Shown: piece by piece, positions 40,273-52,110 of the stretch | How positions within the stretch are numbered: position 1 is the stretch's first letter | Layout of the letters: each line of letters begins with the position of its first letter | Source of the DNA: Octopus vulgaris | Taxonomy: Eukaryota | DNA length: 64,000 bases | Reading direction: 5' to 3' | Assembly: GCA_951406725.2 (NCBI GenBank) | Contig: OX597815.1 | Coordinates: 86,180,001-86,244,000 of the forward strand | The notes under the pieces: model-generated | Databases searched by the model: none | Told to the model about the DNA's origin: nothing | What the model saw: the letters and a program-made list of their open reading frames with translations, nothing else | Position numbers and translations under genes: made by a program

Positions 40273-41024
40273 GTATATGCATATATAGATATAAGAGTGT
40301 ACATAAATTTTTGTGTAGGGGTGTATATAAGTATACATACATATAAGTCTATAATATATATGTATACACATACATGCCTATTGTATGTATGTGTGTGAAG
40401 AGAGAGAGAGAGTGAGGTAGAGGGCCCGATAGAGGCGGATAAATGGATAGCTGGAATGATGCTTCAATTTACCGTTTACAAAATGGTCATCCATCGTTCA
40501 TGTTAGTAAACATTTGATACAAAAAATATATAAACCCAGGACATATTTATTTCTTTAGCGACAAGATCGAAATAATTCGAAAATAAAGTTACTTATAGCA
40601 TTTCTTAACAAAATGGAGTAAAATATTATTTAAATAACGAAACTCTACTAATGTTTGAAGGGATTTACAATTAACATCAGTGTTTAAGTTATAATTTAAT
40701 CACAACGATGAAATATATCGTGTGATTCAAACGAGATTTAATCTCAAAAATGAAAGGACATAAGTGTATCGCGGTAAGTAATTTTTTACATGTTTTCCAA
40801 ATAGACTCTTTTACAATGCAAGTAAAAATTCTAATAAAAATATTAAATATGACGTACGTATGTTATCATCTAGCCATCATATAACTGACATCAAACAATC
40901 TAACAGTTAAACTATCGAGTCTTCTCTCTTACTTATTTTCCACAAAATCACTCCGAATCAGCAGAATTGGTTAAGACTCAGAATCTAATTATTTGTAATA
41001 GGGTTTGTCAATCAACACATGCTT

Positions 41025-41081
41025 AACAACAACAACAACAACAGCAACAGCAACAACAACAACGACAACAACAACAACGAC

Positions 41082-41114
<33 letters not shown>

Positions 41115-41118
41115 TATG

Positions 41119-41149
<31 letters not shown>

Positions 41150-41151
41150 GG

Positions 41152-41209
<58 letters not shown>

Positions 41210-41227
41210 GGAGAAGAAGAAGAAGAA
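41025..41227. repeat. (AAC)n-(AAT)n-(GAA)n microsatellite, left flank of the Dong stack
   Basis: Directly visible. Confidence 0.95.
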
Positions 41228-43185
41228 GAACTTTGCAAAAAATGAAATTAATGCAACACCAACAACAGACGAAATGGAAGAATTTTTGAAAGAGATATTT
41301 ATTGCCGGCGAACGGACAGCCCCCAAAAGGTCTATCAAAACAACGAACACAGCACATGAACAACTCTGGACGCCTATAACAACTGAAGAGATCAACCAGG
41401 CACTGCAAAAACTAAGAAACTGGAAGGCACTCGGTCACAAATTCCTAACAGGAACAAATAAAGAGCTGGCTGACAAATTTTATGAAATAAAAGCAGAGCC
41501 AGGACAATGCCTCGATGGCTCACGGAAGGCAAAACTATCTAATTCCCAAATCCACTGAAACGGCAAATCCACAAAATTAGAGGTCGATAAATTGTCTCCC
41601 TACAATTTACAAAGGCTTTCCTGCAATAATATCGCAGAGAATTATTAAGCATCTGGAAGACAACAAACTGTTTCCAGAAGAGCAGAAGGGATGCTGCAAA
41701 GGCTTATACGATTGTAAATATCAGCTACTGATCAATAAAGCCATAACTGAAGACAGCCTCAGAAAGACGAAGAGTCTAAATATGCCCTGGATCGATTACC
41801 GAAAGGGTTTTGATAGTATTCCCTACACATGAATCTTAGAAACACTAGCCATGAATAAGGTAGCACCAATAATCATAAAATATATTTAAAAAATTCATGA
41901 ATAAATGGCAGACAGTGCTACAACTCCAGACAAAAGAGGGACTCATGAAAACCAAAGCCATCTCCATTAAAAGAAGAATATTCCAGGGAGATACACTCTC
42001 CACTCTTTTTCTGCTTAGCAGTGACACTTTTATCTGCCATGCTAAACAGAACTGCATGTGGATACAACTGTTACGGTAAAACAATCAGCCACCTCTTAAT
42101 GACAGGATTTAGGATGCATATGACAATATCTGACAGGCAGTTTATATATACAATGTATGGTAGATGTCTTAAACAGCGAGAAAACTATTACAAAAAAGGC
42201 ACCAACGGACTACTAAAATGCCTACTTCAGAAGCAAGGAACACTAATACAAAGGAAGCTGAGAATAACAACTATGAAGAAAAAGAAGAAACAACAAAAGC
42301 TGTAAAACAACTGAAAGCCAGACTAAAACTGGAACCGCAAAGGATCATTATAAAACAATGGCAAGAAAAGCCACTTCACGGCAAATACTGGGTTAAATTA
42401 GACAGGCAAGAAATAGACGAGGCAAAATCCCAACAATGATTAAGAAGCTCAGGACTAGAAGCAGAGACTAAAGAATTTTTAATTGCAGCAAAAGACCAAA
42501 GCCTTCCCACCAGAAATTACCAAAGACATGTAATGAAAAGAAACACAAGTAATTGCGGAATATGTGGAGATGGAAAGAAACAATAAATCACGTCGTCTCT
42601 GGTTACCCATTAATATCTAAGAAGGAATATATTCACAGGCACGACAGAGTTGGGACCTATATACACTGGAAGCTATGCCAAAACCAGGGAATAACAACAG
42701 AAAAAAGATGTAATAGGCACACGCCAGTAAAGGTCACAGAAACTGAGAAAGTAGCCATATTATTGGCTATGCCATTACAAACAGCTAGGGAAATTAAGGC
42801 CAATAAGCCAGATATTGTTGTCAGGGATCAAGAAAAAGTGCTTTCAAATCGATGTATTAATACCAACAGATGACAACGTTTCTCTAAAAGAAACTTTCAA
42901 AATACAAAGAGGTGGAAATAGAGGTAACTCGAACGTGGAGTCTAAAAATAGAAAATTCCTATAATAGTAGGCGCGTTAGGTTTGATTAAAAAAATATTCG
43001 GAAAATTACATGACAAAAACACTGGGACTAACAAGTATATATAACATACTACTAGGCATCACGCATATTCTACGTAAAACACCTTCAATACAGTAAAAAT
43101 AAGAGCAGCACAACAAACCACAGCACATACCCAAGGCACACATAGCTGCGATCGGTAGTGAAGTGATAAATATAAGACTACTGAA
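41228..43185 (+). mobile_element. R4/Dong non-LTR retrotransposon copy A: 5'-truncated, decayed, RT catalytic segment deleted
   Basis: Colinear with 44048-46610. At about 42098 it jumps from ISHLL to MTGFRMH, removing YMDD (about 445 bp). Shares the 3' UTR cacagcacatacccaaggcac..actactgaa, then (TAA)n. Confidence 0.92.
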
Positions 43186-43246
<61 letters not shown>

Positions 43247-43249
<3 letters not shown>

Positions 43250-46200
43250 GCAATGAACCCTAATACAGCAATGAACCCTAATAAATTAGCTAACGTACGA
43301 AGATACATTCTCAACACAAAAAAAATATCAGAAATAGAAATAGAACACCTAAAAGAGAACATACACCAGGAAAATGTAGATAGAAGCCATACAACAATGC
43401 CCAATAATATAAACACTGAAACTGTAAAACACGAAGACAAACGCAATATTCCCAACAAACACGATGTAAACAACGAAGGGGAGCCTAATGATTATGATAA
43501 TATAAAAAATAAAATAATCAAAGAACTGAAAACCACAGAGCTCAAAATGGACCACCGACCATACCTCCCAAGAATCAAAATAAACGAAATAACAACACCT
43601 ATTATAAACAGCATAAACGTAGCCGTCACTGAACTGATAGCCACTGAATCAAAAAAAAGTGATATCACTGAGCTAAATAACCTAATATACGCAGCAGCCA
43701 CTGCAGCCACAAAAGAAGCTGGATACTCACCCAAACCCGCCCAAACAGGAGTACCACCACCCAAACAAACCCTGTGGATAAATAACATCCAAAGCAAAAT
43801 AAAAAAAATTAGAAAAGACCTGTCGATTCTTAATGAAATCAGCAAAGAATCAACGCTACTGAGCAACAAAAAGAGAACAAAAATACTCCGCAAATATAAC
43901 ATGACAGAGAAAGATTTGCCTGAAATAAAAGAAAAACTGAAGCAAGATATCCTTGCCAAAGCACAAAGGATCCGCCGGTACAAGAAACGCCAACGCTTCT
44001 TTGAAGAAAACAAAAAGTTCAGCTCCAACCCCAAAAAGTTCTACCAAGAACTGGGCAAAAATAAAATAGAAGTCACTGCAGCACCAACGGCAGAAGAATT
44101 GGAAGAATTCTGGAGAGAGATATGGTCGGCGAACGAACCACCAAAAAAAGGAGTATCAAAATTACAAACTCGGCATCTGAACAACTTTGGACCCCCATAA
44201 CAACTGAAGAGGTCACCCAGGCACTGCAAAGACTAAGCAACTGGAAGGCACCTGGGCATGACAAGATCCCCAACTTCTGGTTGAAATATCTAACAGGAAT
44301 GCACAAAAAGCTGGCTGAAAACTTTAACAACGTACTAGCAGAGCCAGAGACAATGCCTGAATGGCTCACGAAGGGGAAAACCATCTTAATTCCCAAATCA
44401 AATGAAACAGAAAAACCAGAAAACTACAGACCAATAACCTGCCTCCTACTATGTTCAAGGCATTTACTGCAGTGATATCACAAAGGCTGAACAAGCACCT
44501 GGACGAAAACAAACTGTTCCCAGAAGAGCAGAAAGGATGCCGCAAAGGCTCATATGGCTGTAAAGATCAACTAATGATTAATAAAGCCATAACTGAAGAC
44601 AGCCACAGAAAGAAGAAAGGCCTCAGTATGGCCTGGATTGACTACAAAAAGGCGTTTGATAGCATCCCCCACACATGGATCCTCGAAACACTAGCCATTA
44701 ACAAAGTAGCACCAACAATCATAAAATTCATAGAGCACTCTATGAATAAATGGCAAACAGTCCTACACCTCCAAACAAAAGAGGGACTCATGAAAACCAA
44801 AGACATCCCCATTAGAAGAGGAATATTCCAGGGAGACACGCTCTCTCCACTCCTTTTCTGCTTGGCACTGTCACCTCTATCTGATATGCTAAATAGAACT
44901 GGATGCGGATATAAATGTTACGGCAAAACGATCAGCCACCTTTTATATATGGATGACCTAAAACTATACGCTGCAAATGACAAACAGCTGGAAACACTAT
45001 TAAAGACAGTTCATGGATTTACCAAAGAAATAGATATGAAATTTGGATTAGAAAAATGCGCCAAAGTAACCATGAAAAGAGGAAAACTAGTTAAGAGTAA
45101 CAACATCACACTAGATAAAACCAATGAAATAAAAGAATTAGACCAAAGCCAAACTTACAAATACTTAGGAATCCATGAACTAGATAAGACACAACACACA
45201 CAAATGAAAGAGAAAATAAAAAAAGAATATTATAGACGAGTTAGATCAATACTAAACACAGAGCTCAATGCTAAAAACAAGATAATAGGTATCAACACTT
45301 TAGCTGTCCCAGTTATAAGTTACAGCTACAATATCCTTAACTGGACACGAAATGAACTGACCAAAATAGATAGGAAAACAAGAAAAATAATGACAGGATC
45401 TAGGATGCATCACCCAAAATCTGACATAGAAAGACTATATATACAACGTATGGAAGGTGGTAGAGGCCTTATACAACTGGAAAACTACTATAAAATAACC
45501 ACCATAGGACTGCAAAAATATCTACTTCAGAAGGAAGGAAAACTGATCCAGATAGCGGCAAAACACGAGCAAAACAAAAAACTGTTCTCAGTATTTAAGG
45601 AAGCTGACAAATACAAACAAGAAATCATACCACCTAATAAACATGAAGAAGAAGAAGAAGATGAAGAAACAACAAAAGCTATAAAACAAATGAAATCCAA
45701 ACTAAAACAGAACAGCAACGAACCATGATAAAACGATGGCAAGAAAAGCCCCTTCATGGTAAATACTGCACTAAACTAAACGCAAAAGAAATAGACAAAG
45801 AAAAATCCCAGCAATGGTTGAGAAGCTCAGGACTCAAAGCAGAAACAGAGGGATTTTTAATTGCAGCACAAGACCAAAGCCTCCCCACCAGAAATTACCA
45901 AAAACATGTAATGAAAAGAAATATTACAAGTAACTGCAGAATATGTGGAGATGGACAAGAAACAATAAATCATATTATCTCTAGCTGCCCAGTCCTGGCT
46001 AAGAAGGAATATATTCACAGACATGACAGAGTTGGAACCTACATACATTGGAAGCTATGCCAACATTATGGAATAACAACAGAAAAAAGATGGTATAGGC
46101 ACACACCAGAAAAGGTCACAGAAAACGAGAAAGCAACCATACTCTGGGATATGCCGATACACACAGATAGAGAAATTAAGGCCAACAGACCAGATATAGT

Positions 46201-46610
46201 TGTCAGAGATCATGAAGAAAAAAAAATGCTTTTTAATTGATGTATCAATACCGGCAGATGACAACGTGTCTCTAAAAGAAATGGAGAAACTCTCAAAATA
46301 CAAAGACCTGGAAATAGAGGTAACTAGAATGTGGAATCTGAAAACAGAAACAATTCCTATCATAGTAGGTGCATTAGGCATGATAAAAAAATATTCAGAC
46401 AAATACATAACAAAAACACCAGGACTTACAAACACATATAACATACAGAAAATTGCACTACTAGGCACTGCCCACATCCTACGCAGAACACTTTCCATAC
46501 AATAACCATCAGAGCATCACAACAAATCACAGCACATACCCAAGGCACACAGAGCTGCGCTCGGTAGTGAAGTGAAAGCACGCTATAAAAATAAAAATAA
46601 AACTACTGAA
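43247..46610 (+). mobile_element. R4/Dong non-LTR retrotransposon copy B: 5'-truncated, near intact, 4 frameshifts
   Basis: WKAPGHDKI, NYRPITCL, AWIDYKKAFDS, GIFQGDTLSP, LLYMDDLK, YKYLGI, CRIC..ETINHIISSC, RHD, RPDIVV..LIDVSIP..K..KY (restriction-like endonuclease). (TAA)n on both sides. Confidence 0.97.
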
Positions 46611-46653
46611 TAATAATAATAATAATAATACAATAATAATAATAATATTAATA

Positions 46654-47536
46654 AAGAAATTTACAAATTTAATATCTGCAGCTTTCAAACATACATCCGA
46701 TCGGCTTTAAAAACTTTAATACCCACAACTGCCTCTGTAAGCACCTTTTTTTTTTCTCTCTAAAAACATCACGTTTTTCTTTTTGTGGAACTTGCAAAAC
46801 CCTAAAACTTTCTATGAAAATCTGACTTTTCTTTGCTTCCTCCCAGAATATTCAAATATAAATGTAAACATATACTTTTTATTGCAAAAACACACCTGTT
46901 CTTCTAACTGGACATACAAACATCTCTAGAGGGGTCAACTTCAACCTCCACAATATTAACTTGCACGAAATATACAAACACTTTTTATTGCAATAACACA
47001 AACGCACATGGAAAAAATAATGATGCTAAGATTCTCTCTGGTCGAACACAGCTTCTCTATTCACAAATAATACAGAACAGCCCTTCAAAATAAGTTAAGA
47101 AAATTTACAAATTTACATATCTACAGTTTTCAATCATACATTCGACCAGCTTTAAAAACTTTGATACCCACAATTGCCTCTGTAAACATCCTTTTTTTCT
47201 TCTCTCTAAAAACATCACGCTTTTCCTTTTGTGGACTTACAAAACCCTAAAACTTTCTATGAAAATCTGACTTTTCTTTGCTTCCTCCCAGAATATTCAA
47301 ATATAAATGTAAACATATACTTTTTATTGCAAAAACACACCTGTTCTTCTAACTGGACATACAAACATCTCTAGAAAAGTCAACTTCAACCTCCACAATA
47401 TTACCTTACACGAAATATACAAACACTTTTTATTGCAATAACACAAACGCACATGGAAAAAAAAAAATGATGATGCTAAGATTCTCTCTGGTCGAACACA
47501 ACTTCTCTATTCACAAACAATACAGAACAGCCCTTC
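46654..47536. repeat. Tandem duplication, two units of about 440 bp
   Basis: 46654-47086 and 47097-47536 both run aagaaa(a)tttacaaattt..aaaccctaaaactttctatgaaaatctgac..tacagaacagcccttc. Confidence 0.95.
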
Positions 47537-48024
47537 CTTAATTTTTCTTAAGGCTAATAGTAGTAAACATCTGAACTTTTTTTGACCCCACCTAAAAAAA
47601 AAAAAAAAATCACTGGTGGTGATGGTGATGATGGTGATGATGATAATAATAATAGTAATAGTGCTGATAATCTATCTATCTATCTACACACACACACACA
47701 CACTCAAAGAGTTCAACCAACACAAACCTCACCTCTATTGTTAACCAAATATGAAAGTATTATTTGACAGGCAAGAACTCTGGCATTGAAGACAGTCAGC
47801 CAGCCAACCACCAAGCCAGCCAACGAGACAGACAGACACTACTGTGATGGTGATAAGGATAAAAAAACAAAAATAACAATAATAAGATACTGCTGTGACT
47901 ACACATAAAACAATATCATTGATGATGATGGTGGTGATGGTGATGGTGATGATGATAATGATGATGGTAATGGTGGTGATAATGATGATAGTGATAATAA
48001 TGGTGATGATAATAACAATAATAA

Positions 48025-51000
48025 GCCGACTACGGCTGCTATAATGGTACGATTATAATTGTAACAGCAATGATGGCCGTCTCCCCACGAGCCAACCAAA
48101 GCTAAAAAATGATAACATTATCGTAGCACCAAAATGTTTTTGGAAACTAAAAGGAAAACTAAATCAGTATACCAAATCGCTTGTCCTATGGTTAATCTGG
48201 AAGCGCGTCCCCCAGGGAAGAGCCAGCCTGGGACCGAAAAGTCATCAACTGGCACAAACTCTTCTCCGAATACGGAGATGGATGGTCACTTGAACGGGAA
48301 ATCCCCCAACTCGAACCCTCCAAGTTCACCACCACAACCACCACAGAAAGAAAAATGTAAGCGGAACAAATGGACCCGAGAAGAGTATAAAGAAGTAATA
48401 TACGCTTATTACTATGCATTAGGTAGGCCATCTCAAGAGAGACATACCGGAAACTCTTACAGTATATGGAGAACACGGAATCAAGACAGTAGGCCCTATT
48501 TGGACGAGAACAAATTAGCAAATGTGAGGAGGGATATCCTAAGAAATAACAGACTCACAGACAGTGAAATAAGCGCGATCAAGCACGCAACGGAAAATGA
48601 CATAAATATAAGACACAAAGGAAATGAAGAATCAGATGAACAGTATAGCCCGCCACGAGGCTTAATTGAAAGACTGCCATCTGACCAAAGTACGCAAAGG
48701 CCTGAAGATACAAGAAATTCTATTGTACCTGTTAAAGATAGCCAGGAAAACGAAAAAACAACAGTAACTGAAGTTCTCGCATCTGCTGAAGAACACAGAG
48801 AGTCTATGGCAGAAATGAGGCAGAAAATCCTGAATACACTTGAAGTTGTAAGACATACAAGTATGAATGATAGAGAACCACTTCATAAACTCTCAAATAC
48901 AAACCAAAATAAAAAACAAATCCAAATTGGCAACTATGTAACAAATGAAATAATACGAGAATTAAAACCTGATTTTACTGAAATTATTAATGAAATTATT
49001 TACGCTTCTGCTAGGGCAATTGAAACCAGCTGTATGCCCCCGAAAAAACAAAGAAAACCAAACCTGGGAAGAAATCAAACCTGGAGAAGTAAAATTGAAA
49101 AAGAGATTGAATTTATGAGAGGGGAAATATCAATATTAAATGAACTAATATGTGGAAATGATGTAAGATCCAGAACAGGAAGAAAGATGAAGAGAAAATT
49201 TAGATCCTCACCAAAAGAAGAACTGATATCAATAAAAGAAACGCTGAAACAAAATGTCCAAGCAAAAGCCCAAAGAATACGAAGATTTGAGAAGAGAAAC
49301 AAGTTTTACAAGCAAAATAAGCTGTTCACATCCAATGCCAAAAAATTCTACAGAGAAATAGGGAAGGAGAAAGTAACCGTTAAAGACCCCCCTCCCATGG
49401 AAGAAGTTCAAAACTTTTGGAAAAGTATTTGGAGTGACAAGAAGACGTACAACATAAATGCAGACTGGATTATACAAACTGAAGGATCCTACCAAAATTT
49501 ACAACAAGCATGGGAAGACATCACAATAACAGACCTAAGAAAGGCACTCACGAAGGCCCATAATTGGAAATCCCCCGGTAAAGATAGGGTGCCGAATTTC
49601 TGGCTCGCATCGCTCCCATGCGCACACGGTAAGCTAGTTCAGCTGCTCAATGGAATTATGAGAGACCCAAAGAAAACACTTGAATGGTTAGCAAGTGGCA
49701 TTACTTACCTACTCCCAAAGAATAACGAAACCAACCTTCCAAAAAACTATCGGCCTATAACCTGTCTATCCACCACGTATAAAATCCTAACATCTATCCT
49801 GGCGGAGAAAACATATGCATTCATGGAGAAGAACGATATTTTCCCCATTGAACAAAAAGGGTGCCGCCGAGGCTCTTACGGATGCAAAGATCAACTGCTA
49901 ATCAATCGTATGATCCTTGAGAACTGTCACAACAAGCGCAGAAATCTCAGCACCGCATGGATTGACTATAAAAAGGCCTTCGACAGTATACCGCATCCAT
50001 GGATCTTGAGATCGCTGGACATCTTCAAAATTTCCCCTGTGATTTTAAACTTCCTGAAGCACAATATGTCGTTGTGGAATACGAATCTCCAATTATACCA
50101 CTCTAATGGAGCACTTGCCTCAGAAAATATAAACATCAACTGTGGAATTTTTCAAGGTGACTCACTTTCACCTTTAATTTTCTGCATAGCCCTAATACCC
50201 CTTACAAGTGAATTAAACAGAACAGGGTATGGGTATAAAATTGCCAATAAAAAAATAAGTCATCTATTTTATATGGATGACTTAAAACTTTATGGTAAAG
50301 ACAATAATGAACTTGAAGGCATATTGTGCACTGTGAAAGCATTCAGCGATGACATCGGGATGGAGTTTGGACTTGAGAAGTGTGCCAAGGCCACTTTCCA
50401 GAAAGGGAAAGTGAAGACCACAAATTCAGTCGTGTTAGATGTTGACACAGTCATAAGAGAGCTTGAGCAAGAACAAACATACAAATATTTAGGGATAAAT
50501 GAAGGCTCTGGTATTCAGCATGCAAGCATGAAAGAGAAGATCAGGAAGGAATGTTATAGGAGAGTTCGTGCAGTCCTGAAATCTGAACTAAATGCACGTA
50601 ACAAGGTGTTAGCTATAAATTCCTTAGCAGTTCCAGTTGTTACTTATAGCTACAATGTGTTGAACTGGAAGTAAAGAATATAGATAGGAAAATACGCAAG
50701 CTGCTGAGTTGTAATAGGATGCACCACCCAAAGGCAGACGTAGATCGCCTTTACCTTCCCAGAGCCCAAGGAGGTCGAGGCCTGATCCAATTTGAACTAG
50801 CTTACAAAACAACCACAATTGGACTGGCCAAATTTCTCGAAATATCGAATGACTGGATGCTAAAGCTCGTGGAAAATCACGAGAGACGAAAGAAGCTTCA
50901 TTCTATTATAAAGGAAAGCAAAAAATTTGCTATTGATCTCGTGCAGGATACCCAAACAGAACAACCCGAGGGAAGTACGGCAATTATTGTTGCAAAGAAG

Positions 51001-51984
51001 GTGAAAATAATGGCAACGAAAAAAGCGCACGAGCAATTGGCTGATAGGTGGGAGGAGAAACCTCTGCACGGCAAATATGTGACCCGCAGCAAACAAGCTG
51101 ATGTTGACCAGAAGCAAACCCATCAGTGGCTACGGAGCTCAGGGCTAAAAGCAGAGAGCGAAGGTTTCATCCTGGCTGCTCAAGATCAAAGCCTATTAAC
51201 CCGGAACTACCAGGCCAATGTGATGAAAAATGGAGCAGACCCAAAAATGCCGATTCTGCAACGACATGATTGAAACAGTGGACCACCTAATCTCTGGATG
51301 TAAAGTCTTAGCTCCAGTGGAGTATAAATTAAGACATGACAGAGTTGGCCAATATCTACACTGGCTAATAAGTCGGCATTACAATATCAAAACTGCCGAC
51401 AAGTGGTATAATCACCACCCTGAGGCTGTAACTGAAGGAGAAAATGTAACCATTCTGTGGGACTTTCCAGTACATACAGACCGAACCATCAAGGCCAATA
51501 AACCAGATATTGTTGTGAAAGACCAAAACAATAAAGTTTGCTTATTGATCGACATGAGCATCCCCTCTGATCATAATATCTCAGCGAAAGAGTTTGACAA
51601 GCTCAGAAAATATAAAGACCTACTCATTGAAATTGAGAAAATGTGGCATCTCAAGGCGGTTACAATACCAGTGATCGTAGGAGCACTAGGAATGATCAAG
51701 AAGGGAACCGAAAATTATATGAGAATGATCCCTGGCTTACCATCCCTGCAAGAAGTGCAAAAGATTGTCTTAACTGGTACATCACACGTATTGAGAAGAG
51801 CATTGTCGATGTGAGAACTGTTGCTCCTCATGTATTTTAATTTAACTTAAAAAAAAAAAAAAAATGAACGATCTATTGAGTTTGGTTTAATGGCCTACCA
51901 ATGTATACTATGAGTTTCTTTGCCCTAGGAGTCGGGAAGACACTCGGCAAGAAATGGAAGCAAATTTGAAAGAAGAAAAAAAAA

Positions 51985-51985
<1 letters not shown>
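48025..51985 (+). mobile_element. R4/Dong non-LTR retrotransposon copy C: apparently full length, second subfamily
   Basis: Single long ORF region with N-terminal RNKWTREE..YY and KLANVRR motifs, RT, CCHC and RLE; A-rich 3' end followed by (TAA)n. 5' boundary approximate. Confidence 0.95.
48134..51814 (+). pseudogene. Dong RT-CCHC-RLE polyprotein, open for 846 codons then two lesions
   Basis: ORFs 48134-50674, 50719-51273 and 51230-51814; FYMDDLK, CRFCNDMIETVDHLISGC, RHD, KPDIVV..LIDMSIP..K..KY. Confidence 0.93.
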
Positions 51986-52040
<55 letters not shown>

Positions 52041-52042
<2 letters not shown>

Positions 52043-52110
52043 TGGGTATATTGGGCTTCGTATATTTTACCCCAGTGTCACTTTGATGGCATGAACTGCT
52101 CTCTCACTCA
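52041..52110 (+). mobile_element. 70-bp insert in (TAA)n, probable 3' tip of a TAA-targeting element
   Basis: Flanked by (AAT)n; same terminus as 37591-37734. Confidence 0.5.

Noticed and set aside
43492-44034. Long antisense ORFs over the Dong elements
   Set aside because: Shadow frames of the plus-strand coding sequence
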